Assembly (NCBI GenBank): GCA_964489875.1
Contig: CAZAZW010000001.1
Span: 116,062 to 176,718 of the forward strand
From: an uncultured Gammaproteobacteria bacterium
Lineage (GTDB): Bacteria; Patescibacteriota; Microgenomatia; Daviesbacterales; UBA10151
Reading direction: 5' to 3'
DNA length: 60,657 nucleotides
How positions within the stretch are numbered: position 1 is the first letter of the stretch; each line of letters opens with the position of its first letter. Positions 46,787 through 54,497 of the stretch are shown piece after piece. The translations under genes were made by a program, and so were the position numbers. A model generated the notes under the pieces. That model searched no databases, was not told the origin of the DNA, and saw only the letters and a list, made by a program, of their open reading frames with translations.

Positions 46787-47593
46787 TTACACTGTGGGAG
46801 ATTGCAACCCTACGATCGTACCATATCTTCCCAGTTCGGGTTCGGGTAATACAGGAAAAGATCTGCTTGGCCTATAACCATTCTCAAGTCTATCTACAAA
46901 TAGGCTCCATGAACGTTGACTGCCTGCACCACCTTGCGCTCGGAGGAATTCACTATTTACCAACAGGACCGGTTGAATATCACCCATAACAACATCCAGT
47001 TCCTTCAAATTATTAGCATTCATCGTTTCTCCGCTATCGACTATTACTACGGCCGCTTCGGCTAAACGACCAGCTAATTGCCCCTCCTCCTTACCAGTCA
47101 CTGTTCCTATAACCGGCATCTTTTTTTTATCTTCTACGTGCTTTAGAAAATACATCTTTGTGAGTGCCGGATAACTAGTGATTACTCTTTGTTTTTCCAA
47201 ATCTTCTACCTCTTGGTATGGCTTATCACTATTATCGTCCCCCTTTCTAACTAAGAGACTTAGTCTAATAGTTGGACTAAACAGAAAAAACCTAGCTATC
47301 GATTCCACTTTTGGAACTTCTCTCTCAGGTCGAGAAGCCGAATATTCGGCAAATAGCTCGCTCCCCACAAATCCAGCTGTAAAAAATCCTTGTTCTACCT
47401 GTCTAATAATATCTCTTTGATTTACAACAGTTAGATCTACCGGCAACTCCTCCACAGCCGCATGAAGACCACCATTTTGTTCCCAATGAAAATCAAAACC
47501 CTTATTACCAAGCATTCTTTCAATTGCAGGTCTTATATGCTTACCTGCTGGTATGGCTACTCCTGTTCGATCACGTTCTTTAATATTAACCAT
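46787..47593 (-). CDS. Divergent short-form ATP phosphoribosyltransferase (HisG)-like protein
   Basis: RDI, GFVG, RLSL, RVITSYP, GKEE and IVDSGETMNANNLKEL align to the HisG catalytic fold. Start taken at ATG 47593; the upstream extension in the ORF track is AT-rich intergenic DNA. Confidence 0.75.
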   Translation of the reverse strand: MVNIKERDRTGVAIPAGKHIRPAIERMLGNKGFDFHWEQNGGLHAAVEELPVDLTVVNQRDIIRQVEQGFFTAGFVGSELFAEYSASRPEREVPKVESIARFFLFSPTIRLSLLVRKGDDNSDKPYQEVEDLEKQRVITSYPALTKMYFLKHVEDKKKMPVIGTVTGKEEGQLAGRLAEAAVVIVDSGETMNANNLKELDVVMGDIQPVLLVNSEFLRAQGGAGSQRSWSLFVDRLENGYRPSRSFPVLPEPELGRYGTIVGLQSPTV

Positions 47594-47777
47594 AATTTTC
47601 TTACATATACAAATACCCCTAACATGTAGGGGAATTTTGCAATCATATTGTATCACAAGAATACTATAATACAAGATGCAAATTGCGTATATTATTGTAA
47701 GAATATTGTAAGAATTAAAACTTTTAATTAAACGGAGACTTGATAATATGCCTGAAATTATGCTATACTTCCGCACT

Positions 47778-48314
47778 ATGGGACTGCAAGAACTACAACC
47801 AGACTTAGAACGGATATACGATACTATTATTGCAAGGAGAGATCAGGTGCCTCAAGACCCGAAATCAACAACGATCAGATTATTAAACACCGGTTGGGTA
47901 TCCACAGCAGACCAAACAGTTGATACAGCAGGTAAACTAGTAAAACCTTTTAGTATTGGAGATAAATTAGTAGAAGAGGCATGTGAGGTTACAAAAGCAT
48001 TAAAAAGGGATGATATTACGCTTGAATCCTCACAGGCTATTTTCTATATAGAAGTTGGATTAGTAAAAGAGGGTTGGACTAACAATGATTTATTTAAATC
48101 AATTGATCAAGTTGCTGAAGAACAAACCTTAGCTGTTGTAGCACCAGATAAGGTGGCAGAACATGCGGGAGCTGCTGTTGCAAGAGTAGCGCTTGCAGGG
48201 GTAAGTGGAAATCGCGAATTACTACTACAACGCAGTGCGGAAGCTGTAATCGGACTAAATAGGTTTTGGGAAGCTAATGGTATTTCTCCTGCTGAAGTCG
48301 GCAAAAAAATATAA
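47778..48314 (+). CDS. Divergent phosphoribosyl-ATP pyrophosphohydrolase (HisE)-like protein with a degenerate tandem second copy
   Basis: LERIYDTIIARR...SxTxRLL..G...DKLVEEACEV...LES, then a second KVAEH...NRELLLQRSAE...GISPAEV unit. ATG 47778 is 8 nt after TGCTATACT. Confidence 0.7.
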   Translation: MGLQELQPDLERIYDTIIARRDQVPQDPKSTTIRLLNTGWVSTADQTVDTAGKLVKPFSIGDKLVEEACEVTKALKRDDITLESSQAIFYIEVGLVKEGWTNNDLFKSIDQVAEEQTLAVVAPDKVAEHAGAAVARVALAGVSGNRELLLQRSAEAVIGLNRFWEANGISPAEVGKKI

Positions 48315-48319
48315 AGCTA

Positions 48320-49675
48320 TTAAATTCGTGCATTCATCTTGTTTAAAGTTTTAGACAGCCGCTCAAAACTGTTTAAGTCAGCATTTTGCTTAATAAATTC
48401 TTCGGCCTCTTTATACGATCCTTTTTGCAGAAGATAAACCAATTTATACGTCATTTCTTCAATTTCAAAGAAAATTTTTGAAAAATTAGGCCAGGAAATA
48501 CCTGAATTTACTCCTAATGCGCCGTGAGACAGGTAGGAATTAAGGAGTAGGGAATTCCCAAGAATATGGTTTTGTTTGGAAGCATTCTCTTTGAAAAGCA
48601 ACCAGTCAGCTAGCATCCAGAGTATATGAATAATAATGATGGCCTCAAGATTATCTTGAGATAATGACCCCTTAACAACCAGGTGCTTACTGTGTTCTAT
48701 GCCTGATGCAAAACCATTAGCTTCATCCAGCGGGCCATATAATTCTTGCAGTCTTTCCCTTGCTGCTTCGAACCTGTGTAATTGTTTACCCAGCTCGTAA
48801 AGAAATATACACCAACGTGTTGCCTCTAAAAGTAATTCCCTGGAATATTTCGATGAGAACCTTTTTTCAAAAATAGTTTGAAAAATTGGGTAGTATAGCT
48901 TGTCAAATTTTAATCTGTATTGTGAGGTATAAATTATAGTTTTGGAACCATATTTTAAAGCTGCTGCCAAATCAGCCGGAAAGTGTTGTCCGGAGGAAAG
49001 CACATCTGCCGGATATCCTGATATTGCCGTAACAGTTTCAACAAATACACTTACTCCCTTTTTAGCGATATCTGTAGAATGATATTTTCCAGAACTTATT
49101 TTTGCTGAACTGTATAAAGTATCTTTGTGCTTTTCTGCAAGTTCTGTATGTTTCATATCTATAATTCCTACATGCGCCTGAAATGATCTTTTAATGAAAA
49201 GTGTCCTGTCCAAATGTCTTTCAAAAGGACCGATATTAAAATCTATTTTGGAATTTTTGACGCTTAACCATTGCCTATAAGCCTCTTCATAGCTACCATC
49301 AAGCATAGCTCTAGCTTGAGCTCTTAGATAAGACTTAAATGATTGATTTGTACAAACATCCGCAGCTTTTTCTATTTTTTTAGCTATAGGTTCCAAATAT
49401 TTGGCATAGTGGTTGTGATAGAAGATCGCCTCTAGGCTACCGTTTTTCTCTTCTATAAAAGTAAAGGGCGAAAGTATTTCAGGATTTTTTTTCGCGGCTT
49501 TCTCCAGCTGCGCCTTCGTAACTGTTCTAGGGTAAAAACCCTTTTCAAGCTGAAGTTTGTATAACCGAGAAATATCCTTTACTACCTCCTCAAGAATCTT
49601 AACTAAAGATTTATCCTCTTGGGATAAATTTGCGTAAATTTTTCTATCAATAGCAAACTTCCGATAAACCATCAT
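48320..49675 (-). CDS. Peptidase M49 (DPP-III)-like protein lacking the zinc ligands
   Basis: GFYP, LSPFT, IDFNIGPFE...KRSFQA match the family. The HExxH position reads YELGK and the EEAK position reads DEAN. Confidence 0.65.
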   Translation of the reverse strand: MMVYRKFAIDRKIYANLSQEDKSLVKILEEVVKDISRLYKLQLEKGFYPRTVTKAQLEKAAKKNPEILSPFTFIEEKNGSLEAIFYHNHYAKYLEPIAKKIEKAADVCTNQSFKSYLRAQARAMLDGSYEEAYRQWLSVKNSKIDFNIGPFERHLDRTLFIKRSFQAHVGIIDMKHTELAEKHKDTLYSSAKISSGKYHSTDIAKKGVSVFVETVTAISGYPADVLSSGQHFPADLAAALKYGSKTIIYTSQYRLKFDKLYYPIFQTIFEKRFSSKYSRELLLEATRWCIFLYELGKQLHRFEAARERLQELYGPLDEANGFASGIEHSKHLVVKGSLSQDNLEAIIIIHILWMLADWLLFKENASKQNHILGNSLLLNSYLSHGALGVNSGISWPNFSKIFFEIEEMTYKLVYLLQKGSYKEAEEFIKQNADLNSFERLSKTLNKMNARI

Positions 49676-50163
49676 TTTATCTCCAATACTTTACATTTAT
49701 ACTTTACAATTGGTGTTGTTACCTCAACTACTTCTCCTTTTTTGGCTCCAACCAAAGCCTGACCTAAAGGTGATTCATTAGAAATCCTTTTTTTGGAAGG
49801 GTCTGCCTCCACTCTTCCTACAATGGTAAACTCATCAACTCCGTCATCCATCTCTATTTTGACCGTGGAACCGATCACTACAAAATCTTCAGTATGTTGA
49901 TTATTGATAACTTTGGCACCCTTTAAAATATTTTCAAGTTCCGAGATACGGCTTTCTGTCATAGCCTGCTCTTCCAAAGCAGCATCATATTCGGAATTTT
50001 CAGCTAAGTCCCCATATTCCCTGGCCTGTTGAATCAGTTGCGCAACCTCAGCCCTCTTGGTATTTTTAAAAAATTCAAGCTCTGCTTTGACCTCAGCTAG
50101 GCCTTGAGCTGTTAAGTATACTTTTTTTCCTGCCCTATTTGGGCTCTCATTAATTTTAGTCAT
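49672..50163 (-). CDS. greA: Transcription elongation factor GreA
   Basis: AREYGDLAENSEYDAA, IGSTV, ISNESPLGQALVG motifs. Confidence 0.95.
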   Translation of the reverse strand: MTKINESPNRAGKKVYLTAQGLAEVKAELEFFKNTKRAEVAQLIQQAREYGDLAENSEYDAALEEQAMTESRISELENILKGAKVINNQHTEDFVVIGSTVKIEMDDGVDEFTIVGRVEADPSKKRISNESPLGQALVGAKKGEVVEVTTPIVKYKCKVLEIK

Positions 50164-50171
50164 ATAATAAA

Positions 50172-50239
50172 GCTTTCTCCCTTTGGGAAGAAAGCGATAA
50201 TTTGAGCAAATTCTACTCCGAATTATCCTGTAATGTCAA
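50172..50239 (-). promoter_or_regulatory. greA promoter and leader hairpin
   Basis: TTGACA (50234-50239), 18 nt, TAGAAT (50210-50215); hairpin at 50172-50195 followed by TTTATTAT-ATG. Confidence 0.6.
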
Positions 50240-50285
50240 ACGTTATTCAGTAATAAATCTAACAAACCTCACTCATAAGGTAAAA

Positions 50286-50294
50286 TGGTATAAT
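50286..50294 (+). promoter_or_regulatory. Extended -10 promoter of tRNA-Glu
   Basis: TGGTATAAT 8 nt before the tRNA 5' end. Confidence 0.65.
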
Positions 50295-50302
50295 TTGAGC
50301 AC

Positions 50303-50376
50303 GGCGCGTTCGTCTAGTGGCCTAGGACGTCGGATTCTCATTCCGAAAATCACGGGTTCAACTCCCGTACGCGCCA
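50303..50376 (+). tRNA. tRNA-Glu (anticodon CTC), CCA not encoded
   Basis: Acceptor stem GGCGCGT/ACGCGCC, D-arm GTCTAGTGGCCTAGGAC, anticodon arm TCGGA-TTCTCAT-TCCGA, T-loop GGTTCAACTCC. Confidence 0.95.
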
Positions 50377-50427
50377 CTTAAAGATAGGGTTGTGCAAAAA
50401 TTTTACTTCTGATACGCTGAATATACC

Positions 50428-51897
50428 ATGCAGCAAGAGGTTAAACCTAAAAAAACTCTCCATCTTAAGATAGTTCTTATTACTATTTTCGCCGCAGCTT
50501 CTCCGGCTTTACTGGGATTGTTTATTCAACTATCCGCTTTACTTTATTTTTTTGCAGCAATACTCAGTGCAGCTATAGCTACAATATTTTCATTCTGGAT
50601 CTTAAAGCCACTAGGTAATCTCATCAAAAGCACGGGTATTTTTTCTGATGGCAATCTTAACCATCGAATTGATATAAGGTCCGGCGATGAATTCGAAGAT
50701 GTTAGCAACTCATTTAACCTAATGGCAGAAAAACTTTCTAAAACTATTCAGAATCTGGAAAACGATCGGGCAATTGCTGTAGCAGAAAAGGATAAATTTA
50801 ATGAAATCCTTTCCTCTGTGATAGATGGTATTATTGCCTTAGATTTTAATAAAAACATTATCTTTTTAAATAAGGCTTCACAAGAGCTAACAGGTTTTAC
50901 TGAAGCAGAAGTCTATGGAAAACCAATAGATCAGCTTGTCCACCTATTTGCAGATCAGGATGAAATTTTATCCAAAACCTACTGCCAGGGAAATTTTAAC
51001 CAAACTGCTAAACTGATCGGCAAACAAGGCAAGCAAACAAAAATCAATTTAGTAACCACGGAGGTTAGTGGCGGCGTGCAAACCAACTTACATTGCATTC
51101 TCATATTACATGATTTATCCCGGGAGGAGGAACTGGAACAAATGAAGTTAGATTTTGTCTCTATGGCCTCTCATGAGCTAAAAACTCCTCTCACCAGTAT
51201 TGTAGGTTACTTATCCGTATTTTTAGATGAAAGCAGAAATAAAATTCCAAAAGAAAGTTTTGATCTCTTACATAAAGCATTCACCGCTGCTCAACAATTG
51301 CAAACCTTAATCCAAAATCTTCTTAATGTTAATAAAATAGAAAGGGAACAATTATCCGTTTCGCCCGAACCAACCGATTATCTTGCCATACTTTCTAAGA
51401 TAGTTGAGGATTTGCGGGGTCAAGCCACCCAAAAAAGCATTGTTCTTGCTTTAATTCCCCCAACAGAAAGCTTACCCAAAGTCCTTGCTGACCCAATTAG
51501 GTTAAGTGAGGTGGTTACAAACTTAGTAGCCAATGCCATAAATTATACAAATCCGGGCGGAAAAGTAGAAATTGCAACTGAAGTTTCTCCTGCCGAAGTC
51601 CAAACTGTTATTTCCGATACCGGCATCGGAATACCGAAGGAGGCGCTGCCACATCTTTTTAGTAAATTCTTTAGGGTGTCTAATAGACTGCAGCAGGCGA
51701 ATAAGGGAACAGGCTTAGGTCTATATATTGCCAAATCAATTATTGAAAAACTCCATGGTAGAATTTGGGTGGAGTCTGAGTTAGGAAAAGGCAGCAAATT
51801 CTACTTCACTTTGCCCATTGTCACCCAAAGCGCCGGTATTTTAAATACTACTAAATTTACCTCAGAAGCTTTACAATCCGGGACTTTAAATTATTAG
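50428..51897 (+). CDS. Sensor histidine kinase (TM-HAMP-PAS-HisKA-HATPase)
   Basis: DEFEDV-NSFN-M (HAMP), DGIIALD (PAS), SHELKTPLTSI, NAINY, DTGIGI and GTGLGL motifs. Confidence 0.92.
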   Translation: MQQEVKPKKTLHLKIVLITIFAAASPALLGLFIQLSALLYFFAAILSAAIATIFSFWILKPLGNLIKSTGIFSDGNLNHRIDIRSGDEFEDVSNSFNLMAEKLSKTIQNLENDRAIAVAEKDKFNEILSSVIDGIIALDFNKNIIFLNKASQELTGFTEAEVYGKPIDQLVHLFADQDEILSKTYCQGNFNQTAKLIGKQGKQTKINLVTTEVSGGVQTNLHCILILHDLSREEELEQMKLDFVSMASHELKTPLTSIVGYLSVFLDESRNKIPKESFDLLHKAFTAAQQLQTLIQNLLNVNKIEREQLSVSPEPTDYLAILSKIVEDLRGQATQKSIVLALIPPTESLPKVLADPIRLSEVVTNLVANAINYTNPGGKVEIATEVSPAEVQTVISDTGIGIPKEALPHLFSKFFRVSNRLQQANKGTGLGLYIAKSIIEKLHGRIWVESELGKGSKFYFTLPIVTQSAGILNTTKFTSEALQSGTLNY

Positions 51898-51921
51898 TAC
51901 AATACTATAGAATAGAATAAT

Positions 51922-52341
51922 ATGAATCCAACAGCCAAAAAAATTCTACTGGTAGAAGATGAAGACTTTATCAGAGAACTCTATACCAGACAACTTACAA
52001 AAGCCGGTTTCGCGGTTAAAAGCGCAGCTGATGGTCAAGCTGGTCTAGAAACTCTAAAGGCAGAAGTCTTTGATCTACTGCTTTTGGACATCATGTTACC
52101 GGGAATGAATGGTTTACAGCTTCTTCGCGAGTTTAAAACCCAAAATCCAACTTCCCCCATGATTACTATACTTTTAACAAACTTAGGTCAAGAAGCTGTT
52201 ATCAAAGAAGGGTTTGAACTGGGAGCCCAAGCTTATTTAATAAAAGCCTCTTATACTCCGGACCAGGTAGTTAATGAAGTCAAAAATGCACTTTTCGGCG
52301 GCGGCCAACCCACCCCTCCTCCAACCCCAACTTCTATATAA
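51922..52341 (+). CDS. Single-domain response regulator (receiver only)
   Basis: LLVEDE, LLLDIMLPGMNG, TN and IK motifs; no output domain; Pro-rich tail. Confidence 0.92.
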   Translation: MNPTAKKILLVEDEDFIRELYTRQLTKAGFAVKSAADGQAGLETLKAEVFDLLLLDIMLPGMNGLQLLREFKTQNPTSPMITILLTNLGQEAVIKEGFELGAQAYLIKASYTPDQVVNEVKNALFGGGQPTPPPTPTSI

Positions 52342-52369
52342 TAATTAACTAATCAGCTCGTCACAGTAC

Positions 52370-52414
52370 AAAAAAGTGCTCACACGGTTGAGACCGTTAA
52401 AAAATTCGGTGTGA
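52370..52414 (-). terminator. Putative intrinsic terminator of hppA
   Basis: TCACAC...GTGTGA stem with an inner ACGGT/ACCGT hairpin, followed by T6 on the minus strand. Confidence 0.4.
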
Positions 52415-52423
52415 AGAAAATAT

Positions 52424-54430
52424 CTATTTTAAGAATGGTACCAGAAGTAAAGCTACAATGTTTACTACCTTAATCATGGGATTAATGGCGGGACCGGCCG
52501 TATCCTTATACGGATCACCGACTGTATCACCTGTCACTGCAGCTTTGTGGGCATCAGAGCCTTTACCGCCAAATTTACCGGACTCAATATACTTTTTGGC
52601 ATTATCCCAGGCAGCGCCGCCGGTGGTCATAGAAACTGCTACAAAAATACCAGTCACTATTGATCCCACCAACATTCCACCTAAGGCCACCGGCCCCAAA
52701 ACAAATCCCACAATAACCGGAGCTAAAACCGGAATTAAAGCCGGGACTAACATTTGTTTTTGTGCCGAAGCGGTCACAATATCCACACATTTGGCATAAT
52801 CCGGCTTAGCCTTGCCCTCCATAATCCCCTTAATGGTTTTAAACTGCCTTCTGACTTCTTCCACAACCGCTCCACCTGCTTTACCCACCGCTTCCATGGC
52901 AAATGAAGCAAACAAGTAAGGAAGAGCACCACCGATAAAAAGCCCTACCAAAACTTTAGGATCGGACAAAGAAAAAGTAAGTTCTGAACCTTGAACAGAA
53001 AATTCCTGGGCGTAAGCTGTAAACAAAACCATAGCTGCCAACGCTGCAGAACCAATCGCGTAACCTTTCGTTACAGCCTTAGTAGTATTACCAACTGCAT
53101 CCAAAGGATCTGTGACACTACGAACTTTTGAGGGCAAATTTGCCATCTCGGCAATGCCACCAGCATTGTCAGTAATTGGCCCAAATGCATCTATTGCCAC
53201 CACAATCCCTGCTAAAGAAAGCATTGTCACACCAGCTAAAGCTATGCCATAAAGTCCTGCCAAAAGAAAGCTGGCTATGACTGCCCCGGAGATTAAAATT
53301 ATTGGCCAAAAAGTGGAACGCATAGATAGTGCCAACCCGGCAATAATATTAGTGGCATGGCCGGTCTTTGAAGCTAAACCTAAATTCTGGACAGGGGAGT
53401 ATTGTGTACCTGTGTAGTATTCGGTAATAAGAACCATACCTGCCGTTACCACTACCCCGATCAAAGATGCCAAATAAAGGTTAAAAACTGAAAATGCGCC
53501 ATTACCCTCCATTAAGCTTCCTGTTGCGGGATAAAACAAAATTACACAAAGCACGCCGGTCGCTATCATACCCCTGTAAAGGGCGTTCATAATATTTTTA
53601 CCGGTTAATTTAACAAATAGAGATCCTACGACTGATGCAAAAATCCCCAAAGATAAAATCAAAAGGGGGAAAGTAACTGCTGATCCGAATCCCGGAAAAA
53701 GCAGTTGGCCTAAAATCATGGCTGCAATAGCTGTCACAATATAAGTTTCAAAAATATCCGCTGCCATTCCGGCATCATCACCCACATTATCACCTACATT
53801 ATCAGCTATCACTGCCGGATTTCTCGGATCATCTTCCGGAATACCGGCTTCGATCTTACCCACCAAATCTGCCCCAACATCCGCACCTTTAGTAAATATC
53901 CCTCCACCGAGTCTCGCAAAAACAGAAATCAAAGACCCACCAAATCCCAATCCTATTAAAGATTTTAAATCTCCTCCAGTATACTGATAAAAACCATAAA
54001 CTGCTGCCAAGGCTAAGCCTACCACTAAAAATCCTGTCACTGCCCCACCTTTGTAAGCTAAGATAAAAGCCTCGGATAAACCTTTTTTGGCTTCCTCTGC
54101 AACTCGGACATTGGCCCGGACGGCCACACTCATACCAATAAATCCGGCTAAGGCGGAAAGCGTTGCTCCTATCAAAAATCCGACAGCGGTATTTTGACCT
54201 AAGGTAAAATAGATTAGGGCTGCTATGGCAATAGCAACCAATGCCACAACTTTATATTGCCTTTGTAAATATGCGCCGGCTCCGACTTGTATAGCTCCCG
54301 CAATCTCTTGCATTTTCTCGTCGCCGGAATCTTTCCTGAGGATTTCAACAATAAGCCACACGCCATAGAAAAGTGCAGCCGACACGCTGGCCCAGATAAT
54401 TAAATTTATATTATTTGTTATGAAGTCCAT
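52424..54430 (-). CDS. hppA: Membrane-bound proton-translocating pyrophosphatase
   Basis: [57 protein letters not shown] and [14 protein letters not shown] motifs. Confidence 0.95.
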   Translation of the reverse strand: MDFITNNINLIIWASVSAALFYGVWLIVEILRKDSGDEKMQEIAGAIQVGAGAYLQRQYKVVALVAIAIAALIYFTLGQNTAVGFLIGATLSALAGFIGMSVAVRANVRVAEEAKKGLSEAFILAYKGGAVTGFLVVGLALAAVYGFYQYTGGDLKSLIGLGFGGSLISVFARLGGGIFTKGADVGADLVGKIEAGIPEDDPRNPAVIADNVGDNVGDDAGMAADIFETYIVTAIAAMILGQLLFPGFGSAVTFPLLILSLGIFASVVGSLFVKLTGKNIMNALYRGMIATGVLCVILFYPATGSLMEGNGAFSVFNLYLASLIGVVVTAGMVLITEYYTGTQYSPVQNLGLASKTGHATNIIAGLALSMRSTFWPIILISGAVIASFLLAGLYGIALAGVTMLSLAGIVVAIDAFGPITDNAGGIAEMANLPSKVRSVTDPLDAVGNTTKAVTKGYAIGSAALAAMVLFTAYAQEFSVQGSELTFSLSDPKVLVGLFIGGALPYLFASFAMEAVGKAGGAVVEEVRRQFKTIKGIMEGKAKPDYAKCVDIVTASAQKQMLVPALIPVLAPVIVGFVLGPVALGGMLVGSIVTGIFVAVSMTTGGAAWDNAKKYIESGKFGGKGSDAHKAAVTGDTVGDPYKDTAGPAINPMIKVVNIVALLLVPFLK

Positions 54431-54497
54431 GAAAATTTATTGAGGCAGTATCATAGAATTTACACAATAATTACCTATTTAGTCAAGCAGGAAATTT

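Noticed and set aside
46761-46790. Antisense promoter (TTGACA...TATATT) facing the hisG-like 3' end
   Set aside because: The spacing is suboptimal and the site overlaps the lysS promoter region; there is no supporting transcript evidence.
47594-47776. N-terminal 61-aa extension of the HisG-like ORF
   Set aside because: It overlaps the divergent gene's promoter, has low-complexity I/Y/K composition, and homology starts only at MVNIK.
46787-49675. Horizontally acquired compositional island
   Set aside because: I cannot compute GC or codon bias by eye, and there are no flanking repeats or mobility genes. A sliding-window GC and codon-adaptation analysis would be needed.
50303-50427. tRNA-Glu as an integration site for a mobile island
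   Set aside because: No integrase, no duplicated tRNA 3' end (att site) and no phage or IS genes are present in the window.
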